From the IMG/VR virus record IMGVR_UViG_3300026549_000062, positions 24,266-88,265 of that record: a DNA stretch of 64,000 bases. One strand, given 5' to 3'. This document shows, piece after piece, positions 30,224-39,978 of the stretch; positions within the stretch are counted from its first letter, which is position 1; each line of letters opens with the position of its first letter. This DNA is from a virus. Taxonomy: Duplodnaviria > Caudoviricetes. Both the position numbers and the translations under genes were made by a program. The notes under the pieces are model-generated. The model did not search any database. It had not been told where the DNA came from and saw only the letters and a program-made list of their open reading frames with translations.

Positions 30224-31399
30224 TTACTGCATATCAGCAGCTTTGTATGTATTAATCATCTTTCTCTGTGGAACGTAATAACCTTTACTTGTAATCTGTT
30301 TACGTCTTTTTGCAAGCTCTTGGTACATAGCATTCCACTGTTTAAATGCATCTTTATCTGTCTCATGATTTTCTGCATAATCTTTCATGAGCATCATATT
30401 ATTATTTATAGAATGAAGAAGATCTGGAATTGCATCCGGCTCATTGTGATCTAGATTCTCTTGCTTAAGAACAATACCAACTAAATCATTCTTTGAAATA
30501 TCCAGACAATCAAATACGTTTGTATCTACTGGGTATTTGGATTTACGAATAGATTCTAATAGAGGGTCTACAGACTCTAGTAGAGTATCATCATCTATAC
30601 GAGATAATCTACGGGCCATATTATTCATTTCTTTTCTCTCTATTTGTGATGCAGTGAGTAGCTGGCAACGTTGTAGAGTTTTTAGAGCTCTAATACGATT
30701 ACCAAGAACGTCTTTATAAATTCTCATTACCCAAGAGAGACAAATAAATTTATTATCTACTTCTCTATTGTAGTTATCCCACATCTTATCTATCTTATTG
30801 AAACCAGACTGTACACAATCTGCATAATTGGTCCATGTAATAAAGTCTGCCATTATATCGTTCTCTCTATCATAAGAGCCTTTTTCAAATATAGTAGTAG
30901 ACTTTCTAACAGCATCTCTAAAACCATAAGATAAAATTTCTTTATAATGGATAGAATCAGATAGCTTTAAAGTCTCATGATTATCTTTAAGATACTGGTC
31001 TATATTCTTATTTACTTCTTCACATGGAGAAGAGTCATTAACCATAGAACCAATATCATGAATAAGAAGAGCAGTTATCTCTTTCTTAGTAAGGTTTACA
31101 GTAAAGCTAAAGAGTTTAGAATCTAGTTCTACATAGTATTCTTTTACTCTATAACGTTTGTCTGTAGTAATAACTTTTATAACCTCATCTGCTGGAATAA
31201 CTGGCATTGTATATATACCGAAGAATAGTTTATCTATATTATTTGTATATATAACACCTTTGCACTTAGAATCATTAAAGAATTTATTTAAAGAATCTCT
31301 TAATTCATTAAGAAACTTTTGAGAAGGATCACTCATTATATTAGTGACACTTATTTCCACGTCTTCATAAGCATCTTTTATTTTACTTTCTGAAAGCAT
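30224..31399 (-). CDS. Probable head protein with degenerate zincin motif
   Basis: LLIHDIGS resembles LLHEIGH; LLES sites. Confidence 0.5.
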   Translation of the reverse strand: MLSESKIKDAYEDVEISVTNIMSDPSQKFLNELRDSLNKFFNDSKCKGVIYTNNIDKLFFGIYTMPVIPADEVIKVITTDKRYRVKEYYVELDSKLFSFTVNLTKKEITALLIHDIGSMVNDSSPCEEVNKNIDQYLKDNHETLKLSDSIHYKEILSYGFRDAVRKSTTIFEKGSYDRENDIMADFITWTNYADCVQSGFNKIDKMWDNYNREVDNKFICLSWVMRIYKDVLGNRIRALKTLQRCQLLTASQIERKEMNNMARRLSRIDDDTLLESVDPLLESIRKSKYPVDTNVFDCLDISKNDLVGIVLKQENLDHNEPDAIPDLLHSINNNMMLMKDYAENHETDKDAFKQWNAMYQELAKRRKQITSKGYYVPQRKMINTYKAADMQ

Positions 31400-31470
31400 A
31401 TGTATATAAACCTCCTTAGCACAGACATATTAACAAGATGTCTCTGAATGCTTATTTTAGGAGGTTTGTA

Positions 31471-31626
31471 ATGAATAATAGAGCTTTGAATGATTATACA
31501 GCAAATAAAAGTAATGAAGTAAAGAAAGATTGGAAAGAACCTAAAAAAGTAGATAAGATAATTGATAGTGATTCTCCAATGGAGAATAGTAATACATCAT
31601 ATGTGTATGCAGGAAAAAATAAATAA
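31471..31626 (+). CDS. 51-aa protein carrying the capsid C-tail motif RA(L/M)NDYTANK
   Basis: RBS AGGAGG, terminator hairpin follows; motif matches the MCP segment at 33321-33350. Confidence 0.75.
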   Translation: MNNRALNDYTANKSNEVKKDWKEPKKVDKIIDSDSPMENSNTSYVYAGKNK

Positions 31627-31684
31627 AAAATAATCCCAGAGCTTGATTGCTCTGGGATTATTATATTAATTGAACCTAAGTGTA

Positions 31685-32227
31685 TTACTTAGATTCACTG
31701 GAGGATGCATTTTCATCCTTCTGTGGAAGGTTTGGCTTCACACCATAGAGACTCTCAAGACGGTTCCTTGCTTCGCTAGCGAGATGATTGATCTCACTCT
31801 TATCGTGAAGTTTCAGAATCTCTTCTTTATAGCTATCAACAATGCTCTTTGATGCAATGTTGAAAGCACTGAGAATCTCCGGTGACGGAGCAGTACTTTT
31901 GAGGATAATATGACTCTGGCAAATTGTGATACGAGCGATAGCACCATAACGGATACGGTCAAGATTTGCTTCGACACGCATCTCCTCAAGAGTATTTCTC
32001 ATTTCATCTGTAATGAAAGAGCAATCTTCAAGTCCTTCATAGCGCTTGAGATCGTTCTCAATCGGATTGAATTTCTTTTTCTTTCCGTTGCTTTCAATTT
32101 CATTCTTTTTACGGAATTCTTTCTGGTTTTCATCCAGCTTCGAATCACTGCTGTCTACTACAGCCTTAAGCTTTTTGAGGTCTTCCTGCGAGACTTCTGC
32201 TTTTTCATTTTTGATTTCTTCTGACAT
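31685..32227 (-). CDS. Early protein, GC-richer codon usage
   Basis: RBS GGAGG; early promoter 32421-32433 and long hairpin-rich leader. Confidence 0.75.
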   Translation of the reverse strand: MSEEIKNEKAEVSQEDLKKLKAVVDSSDSKLDENQKEFRKKNEIESNGKKKKFNPIENDLKRYEGLEDCSFITDEMRNTLEEMRVEANLDRIRYGAIARITICQSHIILKSTAPSPEILSAFNIASKSIVDSYKEEILKLHDKSEINHLASEARNRLESLYGVKPNLPQKDENASSSESK

Positions 32228-32481
32228 TTTGTTTTCCTCCAGTTTCAAATTGTCTATTAGCAACTCCTATATTACTAATAGAACTAGTCTCTGATATTTG
32301 TATAGAATAGATATATTTATCCCATACTTATATCTTACTCAGTAATCTCATTTCATTTTCACTATCCTCCTTAGAATGAAATGAGATATAGTATAATTGA
32401 ATAGATATACTATTCACTAATATAGTATGTAAATGAAAAAAATATTAAAAATCCGCAGACTATACAAATCTGCGGATTTCA

Positions 32482-32658
32482 TCAGAGAACATTGTACTTC
32501 ACGATAGTGAAGACAATGCCCTCTTTGGTAACCACACGGTTGTTTTTGATTTCCTCGTTTCCAACGCGGTCCTTGATGCATTCCACTGCATTTTCAAGAA
32601 ACTTAAACTTGTTGCCGAGGAAATCATGGCCATTCATTTTTACAACAAACATACACAT
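32482..32658 (-). CDS. Small early protein
   Basis: RBS AAGGAG; variant early promoter 32701-32713. Confidence 0.65.
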   Translation of the reverse strand: MCMFVVKMNGHDFLGNKFKFLENAVECIKDRVGNEEIKNNRVVTKEGIVFTIVKYNVL

Positions 32659-32774
32659 ATGAATCATCTCCTTCGTTATACATGTGCTGTTTATCACTTC
32701 TATATTACGTCAATAAAAAAATACTATTTTTACAAAAATATAGGGCTAGACCATATTGGTCTAGCCCTAATAAG

Positions 32775-32969
32775 TCATAATACAGGTTCTTCAACAATAT
32801 AATACTTGATATTCTGTACATCTTTCTCTTCATAGATAGATTCTAATTTTTCTTTATAGATTGAAGCATCCATTTTTTCTTTGAAGATATAGATAAGATT
32901 ATTATCTATTTCTCCGTTTAGTTTCTGATATGCCATAAAGAGTGCATATACTACTTCTTGTTGTTCCAT
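32775..32969 (-). CDS. Small early protein, F..x.DA motif family
   Basis: IYIFKEKMDASIYKEKLE; early promoter 33011-33023. Confidence 0.65.
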   Translation of the reverse strand: MEQQEVVYALFMAYQKLNGEIDNNLIYIFKEKMDASIYKEKLESIYEEKDVQNIKYYIVEEPVL

Positions 32970-33039
32970 AAGATTTACCTCCTATACATATGATATTACC
33001 ATACCATATCTATAGTATGTAAATCAAACAACATTTAAA

Positions 33040-33064
33040 AGGGTAGACCAATTTGGTCTACCCT
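33040..33064 (-). terminator. Terminator after MCP
   Basis: GGGTAGACCAA/TTGGTCTACCC. Confidence 0.75.
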
Positions 33065-33089
33065 TGAATAGTCTAGATAAAAATTTATA

Positions 33090-35138
33090 TTAGTGTTTAC
33101 CACCATTAACTGGAGGGAAAATTGTTGATGGATTAGCAGGAGCTGGGTTTGATGGATCATATGTTGCATAGTTTGGTCCATAGATGTACTTAACATCACG
33201 AACAGCATCTGCGAATTCACCTGGAGCAGCCGTCTCAGGATCAATAGCGCTATGTGGCGTGTTAGGAATTGCATCCTTATCGAACTCAACAAACTTCTTC
33301 GTATCTCTATCATACGTAACTTTGTTAGCCGTATAGTCATTCATAGCACGATCACCAATTGGATTATCATTGTCGATCTGCTCACGGAGACCCGTCGGGT
33401 TGACAATCTGGATACGACCCTGAACTGGCTGATAGCTGATGAAGAGGAATCTCTCAAAAGCCGTTACAGCTGGGAGCTGGTAGTTATCCGTATCACGGAT
33501 TTCATTACCAACGTAGAGCTGATAATCGTAAATCTTGTAGATTACACGATTGCTGTTTCTTGGGCAAAGAATAATGATAAGGTTGTTATCATTACGAAGC
33601 TTGTTTGAAGAAATGAACTGATAAATACGATTATCACTCGTCTTAACAGTCTTCTTATAATCAAGCATAACAGGACCAATGTTTGGAGGCGTTACATAAG
33701 AATACTCTTTTGGTGTAATCTTACGGATGAGTTCTGGACGACCAAAAATACTAACAGTTACATTCTCATCATTGAGAACCTGGAGGAGATACGTAACCTG
33801 AGTATCAAGGTAATCCATGAACGTCTCATAACGCCACGTAACGAAGGACCCCATGAAGCTGTCAGGAGGAGCAAAATCAAATGCACCAGAGACTTTGGAG
33901 GTCTGTGGGAGGTTGAGGAAGGACGTATCGAGATCTTCAAGAATCTTATCATCCTTGTAGTTGAGAAGCGCAAGCTTGATCATGCTCATGATCTTCGTGA
34001 GCTGATTGACGTTGTACATAGCCTGAACGTCTTTCGTCTCTTCTGGGGAGATCGTGACCGTGATGTGTGGTGCTTCTGGAATCTCGAAGTAATCCGTACG
34101 AGCGCTCCATTTAACTTTTGGCGTCTCATATGCTGCACTTGAAACATCAAGAGCTGCAGAAAGGATAACATGCGTAACATTAGCTGACGTGCTCATGAAC
34201 GTAAACTTGTTGTTATGCATTGAACCAGCAAGCTGGAACTCTTCATTACGAACTGTACCCGTACCATCCGTTGGAAGAATCATATCAATTCTCTTCTGGA
34301 ACGTACGATCATACTGACCAAATGAAGCAACAAAACGAATTGGCTCAATTGGAATAATCTTCTCAGCAAGAGCACCAGTATCAGACGTATAAACCTGAAC
34401 CTTCTTCTGGCCAGGATTATCTGGATCATCAACTAGAACTTCGTCACCCTTTGTTGCCCAAACATCTTTGACAACGAGTTTCGTGACCTTTGATGCACGA
34501 GAAACATTTGCCGTAGCTCTATTAACAGCACCAAGTAGGCCAAGAACATCTGTCTTCTGGTCTTCTGGAACTGGGATAATAATATCCTTACGAGGAACAG
34601 CAGACTCAATCATATCCTTGATCTTGTTCTGCTCAAGGAACATATCAATCTGCGTACCATCTGGAGCATAAAGAGTTCTCGTTTCCATGGTGAGCGTGAA
34701 CTGTGGACCAGCAGCTACATCCTTTGGAATTGCACCTTTATCAAATACAGTCGTCATAAGAAGATTCTTATGCATTGGGAAGGTAATACCAACCACTGGG
34801 TTATAAGCACCAAGTGGAGCAGCCTCACAAAGACCATTAACATCGTTCTCATAAAGACGATTAAGGTCAGCATAAGCTTCATTAACAGCTTCTGGATCAT
34901 CCTTATACTTAGGATCATTTGGGTCAAATGCAGACTCGATGAAGAACTTCTTCATCTGATTTGAAAGTGTCGGATTCTGGAAGAATCTTGACGGATCAGA
35001 ATAGAAATCAACACCCTCATTTAGACCTGCCTTAGCAATATCAGTAAACTGCTCAGCAAGGCCGTGGAGCGGATTTTTATTATAACTACGAAGTACTTCG
35101 CTATTCTGCTGTTTTTTATCTGTTCCAACAACAGCCAT
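33090..35138 (-). CDS. Major capsid protein precursor
   Basis: 682 aa, strongly biased codons, N-terminal propeptide ending near GLCE/AAP, late promoter 35258-35269, jumbo-phage MCP-like motifs (YN.NQ.TKIMS, D..I..LD.SF). Confidence 0.85.
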   Translation of the reverse strand: MAVVGTDKKQQNSEVLRSYNKNPLHGLAEQFTDIAKAGLNEGVDFYSDPSRFFQNPTLSNQMKKFFIESAFDPNDPKYKDDPEAVNEAYADLNRLYENDVNGLCEAAPLGAYNPVVGITFPMHKNLLMTTVFDKGAIPKDVAAGPQFTLTMETRTLYAPDGTQIDMFLEQNKIKDMIESAVPRKDIIIPVPEDQKTDVLGLLGAVNRATANVSRASKVTKLVVKDVWATKGDEVLVDDPDNPGQKKVQVYTSDTGALAEKIIPIEPIRFVASFGQYDRTFQKRIDMILPTDGTGTVRNEEFQLAGSMHNNKFTFMSTSANVTHVILSAALDVSSAAYETPKVKWSARTDYFEIPEAPHITVTISPEETKDVQAMYNVNQLTKIMSMIKLALLNYKDDKILEDLDTSFLNLPQTSKVSGAFDFAPPDSFMGSFVTWRYETFMDYLDTQVTYLLQVLNDENVTVSIFGRPELIRKITPKEYSYVTPPNIGPVMLDYKKTVKTSDNRIYQFISSNKLRNDNNLIIILCPRNSNRVIYKIYDYQLYVGNEIRDTDNYQLPAVTAFERFLFISYQPVQGRIQIVNPTGLREQIDNDNPIGDRAMNDYTANKVTYDRDTKKFVEFDKDAIPNTPHSAIDPETAAPGEFADAVRDVKYIYGPNYATYDPSNPAPANPSTIFPPVNGGKH

Positions 35139-35257
35139 TGTATAATTCCTCCTTTAAAGGTCTTTGTCTATATTAATTAATATAACAAAGTCATTATTTA
35201 AATATTCAAAATATAGCAACGGTATATAACGAAAGCCGCAAAAAGCTATATTGATAT

Positions 35258-35269
35258 TACAGTGATGTT
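35258..35269 (-). promoter_or_regulatory. Late-type promoter AACA-N6-TA upstream of MCP (representative)
   Basis: Also 2478, 4851, 9987, 10394, 17238, 30132, 37685, 38113, 39889, 56325, 60507 (-) and 43982 (+); matches AR9 late consensus. Confidence 0.7.
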
Positions 35270-35305
35270 TATAAAAGGACTTTCTAATGCACTAAATATA
35301 AAGGG

Positions 35306-36169
35306 TTATTGTATCTCATAATTCCTACTAAATGTAGGAAGATCAAGAAAACTCTTATTGTGTTTGACCTCTTTATTTATAATCTCAGTAATCTTATTCT
35401 GACGTTTAATACGAGATTCATAGACTTTGTCCATAAGATTCGTGAGATAATTAAATACTGTAATCATTCTCTGAAGCTCTATCTCATTCTCTAAATACGT
35501 TCTTGTATTGAATGTATCTGTCAGAGTGTCTCTAGATAAGTTCTTTAGAGCTAGAAGTTTTCTTACAATGAAATTTAATAATTCATCATCATAAGAAGTA
35601 TGAGATATCTTATTTATCTTATCAATAGAATCAATGATAATAGAATTGAGAGATCTAAATTGTTTTCTCAATTCTTTCTTCTTAATCTCCATTTGCTCTG
35701 GTTTAAGATCTTTGAAAGTATCTTGTTCTAATTGATCTAGATCAACTGTTTGAGCTTCTGGAGATTCAGCAGACATTTCATCTCCTTCAGGAGCTTGCAA
35801 ATCACTACCGTCATTATTAGGATCTTGAGGTTGTTCTTCCTGTTGTCCTTGCATTTGTGCATTAGGATCATTTGAATCTGCAGCTCCCATATCCATTCCT
35901 TGCTGATCAGGACCTTGAGCACCCATTTGTGTAGGATCTCCTTGTGGAGCTCCTTGTTGAGTTGGATCCGGTTGCATACCAGTATCCTGTTGTTGTGATG
36001 ATGCTTGTGGTGCTGCGCCCTGCTGAGCATTAGGATCTTGTTGCTGAGTAAAATCAGGAACGTCTTGTTGATTTTGATCTATTTTATTCTGTACCGCAGG
36101 AGTTTGATTTGGTTGTTGTTTAGGAGGATTAGCTTCATGAAGTATGAATCTAGTAAATGCATCCATTAT
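35306..36169 (-). CDS. Possible scaffold/head protein (Q/P/D-rich with helical C-terminus)
   Basis: Directly upstream of MCP; ILHE/AN site; low-complexity N-half. Confidence 0.5.
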   Translation of the reverse strand: MMDAFTRFILHEANPPKQQPNQTPAVQNKIDQNQQDVPDFTQQQDPNAQQGAAPQASSQQQDTGMQPDPTQQGAPQGDPTQMGAQGPDQQGMDMGAADSNDPNAQMQGQQEEQPQDPNNDGSDLQAPEGDEMSAESPEAQTVDLDQLEQDTFKDLKPEQMEIKKKELRKQFRSLNSIIIDSIDKINKISHTSYDDELLNFIVRKLLALKNLSRDTLTDTFNTRTYLENEIELQRMITVFNYLTNLMDKVYESRIKRQNKITEIINKEVKHNKSFLDLPTFSRNYEIQ

Positions 36170-36173
36170 ATTT

Positions 36174-37655
36174 TTATTCCTCCTTTCTCTCTGATTTATC
36201 TGCAACTTGTTTAAATTTATCTAAAACAGTTGGTACTTTCTCGCCAACTGGATTTACATAACTTTGATTTGAAATACTGGAGAAATCAGGAGAATCTATT
36301 CTTCTCTTTATTTCATCATTAAGTTCATCTGTTGTTTTGTCTCGTTGTTTATCATACTCTTTTTCTAATAATTCAATGTTATTATTTACACTATCAAGAT
36401 ATGCAAGAAGTTTAGACTTCCTCTCACTATCTTTAGTATCTTCTATCTTTCTTTCTATAGAGCGTTTATGCTCTTTCCATTCTCTAATAGAATCTTTTAA
36501 GTATTCTTTATTCAGATGAGAATGAAGAATGATAGAAGTTATAAAGCTTAAAATACCAGGGAATATACCTACAGAGAATGCACCAAGAGTTACTAATGCA
36601 TAGAAAGCAATTGCTAATGCATTATGAGTACCTTGTGCTATATCCTGTAATCTATTTATAACAAATACTGCTCTTATAGCTTCTTTAACCATTGATACTG
36701 TCTTATATGGAGCTATCTTAATCTTAGTGATTAATTCTTTTGCTTTATCCAGTATAGCAACCTCATATATTGCTTGAAGTGATTTATTCATCACAGCAAA
36801 ATCATCAAACGATTTAGACATTCCATACACAGAATCATCTTTGTATTTATTAAGAACTTCTTTGTCATAATCAGGTTCTTGATTATTCATCTTCTTATAT
36901 ACAGAATCAATATAATTTATATATTCTTCTGCAATAGGAGATATAAAGTTATCGTTCCTAATAGCACAAGATATATCTTCTATAAAGCTATCAGTATTTG
37001 TAGTACCATAATTTATAATAAAATAATCTATTACATTCTCTAGTATAGCTTTCTCTGGTAATTGAGAAGTGTAACGATTAATTGCATACAAACAAGACTC
37101 TGTACAAACACAGAACTTTTGTTTTAATCCCATATTATAAGTATCTATGAGTTCACAAAGAGAGTATACAAGATCTGTAATTCCTGTATTCTCTAGAATA
37201 GAATTGGCAACTATCTTGTCTATATTAAATCTCTTCATTATAGTATTATAGTTCCCAACTACTCTATCACAATCCACTTGCTCAGCTATCTTTTCTTTTA
37301 TGGGCTCTGAAAAAGATTCTTCTAACTTGTTGAAGTAAGATTTATACATGTTGGGGTTTGGTAGTGAAGAGATAATATAATCATTTACTATTCTAAGTGC
37401 ATTGTTCTTATCATCTATTGAACCATTCTCTTGAACAACAGACAATATATCTACAACTTTCTTTATATTTGAATCTAATCTATTTGAATAATTATCCCAC
37501 TTATACAGACTCTCAGAGAGATTATTAAAATTATATAACTCTTTTATCTTATAAGTTTCATATAGAGGGTAATTAGTAAGTGTTCGTTGCTTTCTATATT
37601 CTAGATTATTTGTTCTTTCTTCGATAGCTTTAATTGGAATTAGAACCTTCTTCAT
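36174..37655 (-). CDS. Probable head protein with hydrophobic hairpin
   Basis: Late promoter 37685-37696; IAFYALVTLGAFSVGIFPGILSFITSIIL then coiled coil. Confidence 0.6.
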   Translation of the reverse strand: MKKVLIPIKAIEERTNNLEYRKQRTLTNYPLYETYKIKELYNFNNLSESLYKWDNYSNRLDSNIKKVVDILSVVQENGSIDDKNNALRIVNDYIISSLPNPNMYKSYFNKLEESFSEPIKEKIAEQVDCDRVVGNYNTIMKRFNIDKIVANSILENTGITDLVYSLCELIDTYNMGLKQKFCVCTESCLYAINRYTSQLPEKAILENVIDYFIINYGTTNTDSFIEDISCAIRNDNFISPIAEEYINYIDSVYKKMNNQEPDYDKEVLNKYKDDSVYGMSKSFDDFAVMNKSLQAIYEVAILDKAKELITKIKIAPYKTVSMVKEAIRAVFVINRLQDIAQGTHNALAIAFYALVTLGAFSVGIFPGILSFITSIILHSHLNKEYLKDSIREWKEHKRSIERKIEDTKDSERKSKLLAYLDSVNNNIELLEKEYDKQRDKTTDELNDEIKRRIDSPDFSSISNQSYVNPVGEKVPTVLDKFKQVADKSERKEE

Positions 37656-37809
37656 TTAGTTGACCTCCCCATAAATACTTCACTTACCTTCATGTTTCAG
37701 TTTTTAATTCATTGGTATATTTTGACAAAAGATACTGGGGTAGAGGAATATCCTCTACTCCATATAATTTTGTATAAAATTATAAAATTTGAATTATATA
37801 CTATAATTG

Positions 37810-38111
37810 TGCATAAGAGGAGAAATAAGTTTAGGAGGTGATCTAATGACTTATCTAAACTTTCGTAGCAAAACATTTAAAAAGCCACCGTTTGTTAAAA
37901 GATTAAGGATGAGAAAAGCAAGTCCAACCCTTCCAAAGTGACTACTTATTATAGCCATCCTTATATCTGAATAAAAGCAGTAAATACTCCTGTATCATAT
38001 GCGGTAGTATAACCATTACTGTGATTTGTTACTTGTGATAGATACACTAAGCAGGTATCTATTTCTGAAAAGCTCAAATTGATAGAGTTACTGCTGATCT
38101 CCTCTTATGCA
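37810..38111 (+). ncRNA. Panhandle structured RNA element 1 (contains small ORF)
   Basis: Perfect 14-bp terminal inverted repeat TGCATAAGAGGAGA; 3' motifs CTAAGCAGG and GTTACTGCTGATC shared with element 2. Confidence 0.6.
37846..37941 (+). CDS. 31-aa basic peptide MTYLNFRSKTFKKPPFVKRLRMRKASPTLPK
   Basis: AGGAGGTG RBS held in a hairpin; inside element 1. Confidence 0.5.
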   Translation: MTYLNFRSKTFKKPPFVKRLRMRKASPTLPK

Positions 38112-38139
38112 TTATTTTTCTGTTATACTGATAATAAAA

Positions 38140-39861
38140 TTAGAATACTGGATCTTTTAGTTTATTTTTATCATCAGGAAGAACAAGGGTTAGATTATAA
38201 AGAGATTGTATAGCTTCCTTAGAAGCATTCATGCTATTCTCACCACCAAGGGAGATATAATGTTTCTTAGAGTTAATCTCTTTTAACATTTCATCATTTG
38301 CCTCTATAGAGAATATACCTTTAGATGATACTGTATCACCATCGAAGTCACCACCAATAGAATCTAGGCGAACGTTATTTGGTAGTGCTACATCAACAAA
38401 CTTGTTTGTAGTATTTTTATTGATATCCTGTATACGAATCTTTGGGTATTCTCTATAAAAAGTATTGTTTACTATCATAGGTTCTGTATCTATTGTAGAT
38501 ACAACTTTTATTTTAGCAGGGAACTGGTTCCAGTATGTATCTACAGGGAAACGTGTTATAAGAACTGCTTTATCCTTAGTGATTTCTATAGCAGCCATGT
38601 AAATTAGATCACACCAAGTAAGAGGGCGTTCTTTAATATAGAAATTTAAACCATCTGTAGTCATAGAAGAACCAGTTTTTGTTTTCTCTATTATAGCTTC
38701 ATCTTCTACATTATATCCTTTAAATATAAGATAAGGTTTAGCTCCTTTAGGCATTCTTATATTTTCTTCTATAGGAGCTTCTATAGCAACAAAACGGTTA
38801 CTCATACCATGCATGAATCTATCTAATTCTTTCTTTATTCTATCATCAGAATATACTTCTCTCCAGTCCTTAATATGAACTGTATGGGTTTTCTTATTCT
38901 TAGGATCTACTGCTAATACGTCATCTGTATCAGTCATATTATTTTCAAACCATTTACGAATATGATATAGCATATAAGGATAGAAATTAGCACATAGAGC
39001 TGCTATAGGAAGCCCAACAGAATCCAGATCTACATCAATATCTGATAATGATTCTTTGCGAAGATTTTGTGTACAGATAACTAGTCTTGCACCCCAGTCG
39101 AATGATTTCTTCATTCCTGAACGTCTAATAAGACCAAGTTTTCTAGATAGACCAGTAGCTGGAGATTCTACACCGTATCTATCTCTACCAAATGCAAGAA
39201 AGTCATATACGGCTACTATAGAATCTTGTATTCTTCCTCTTAAGGAACCTGAAAGAGATAGACCATAATCATCTGATTCTTTCAATGCATTACAATCTCT
39301 TATAATAGCATTATACATTTCATTTATTTCACCTACAGTAACCTTACCAGGTTTATCTGTAGTAACGTCTCTGTATCCAGCTGGTATTACAAGAAAATTA
39401 TCTATAAATAGTTTCTCTCTATATTTTTCTAAGAATGTAACCTTTACATTTCTCTTATCAGAATCTGTTTTAGGAATTTTTAGATCTTTGATAATTTTTC
39501 TGAGATACTTAATACCAGTTTCTCCATTTGGGTCTTGTTCTAACTTACCAGTTTCTTTATTGACTTTAAAGTTGTACATTTCATAAGCACAGAGCTTTAC
39601 ATTCTTATCTAATCTGCACCATATCTTGTATCCTAATGGATGCATGAATGTTTCCCCAGCAAGATGTATATATCCAAATATAGAAGTTCTATCATCTTTA
39701 GTAATGCCAAAAATTTCATTAGAAAGAAGGCCACCAGGAGCTGGCATATTTTTACTACTAAAGAATACAGGGTCTGTTATCTCTTTTACATCATTTACTT
39801 TTATAAAACCATCAACATCAAGAGGTTTTAACTCAAGATGCTTATTTTGTGTTTTAGCCAC
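38140..39861 (-). CDS. rpoC: Multisubunit RNA polymerase beta' N-terminal half with catalytic loop; probably virion RNAP
   Basis: PGGLLSNEIFG, FGYIHL, VIPAGYRD, KKSFDWGARLVI, ITRFP, GGDFDGD; GTG start after GGAGG; late-type promoter 39889-39900. Confidence 0.9.
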   Translation of the reverse strand: MAKTQNKHLELKPLDVDGFIKVNDVKEITDPVFFSSKNMPAPGGLLSNEIFGITKDDRTSIFGYIHLAGETFMHPLGYKIWCRLDKNVKLCAYEMYNFKVNKETGKLEQDPNGETGIKYLRKIIKDLKIPKTDSDKRNVKVTFLEKYREKLFIDNFLVIPAGYRDVTTDKPGKVTVGEINEMYNAIIRDCNALKESDDYGLSLSGSLRGRIQDSIVAVYDFLAFGRDRYGVESPATGLSRKLGLIRRSGMKKSFDWGARLVICTQNLRKESLSDIDVDLDSVGLPIAALCANFYPYMLYHIRKWFENNMTDTDDVLAVDPKNKKTHTVHIKDWREVYSDDRIKKELDRFMHGMSNRFVAIEAPIEENIRMPKGAKPYLIFKGYNVEDEAIIEKTKTGSSMTTDGLNFYIKERPLTWCDLIYMAAIEITKDKAVLITRFPVDTYWNQFPAKIKVVSTIDTEPMIVNNTFYREYPKIRIQDINKNTTNKFVDVALPNNVRLDSIGGDFDGDTVSSKGIFSIEANDEMLKEINSKKHYISLGGENSMNASKEAIQSLYNLTLVLPDDKNKLKDPVF

Positions 39862-39978
39862 ATTAATACCTCCAATACATGAAGTCATTATGGAAATGTC
39901 TCGAACACAAAAAATACGGTAAAGGAAAAAATGAGGCAGGTTTTACCCTGCCCCATTTCTCATGTGCTTTGCCGATCC

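Noticed and set aside
37810-38111. Panhandle elements as retron msr-msd, hammerhead/pistol ribozyme or MITE
   Set aside because: No RT in the window, catalytic consensus (CUGANGA..GAAA or pistol core) absent, terminal repeats differ between copies and no target-site duplication seen.
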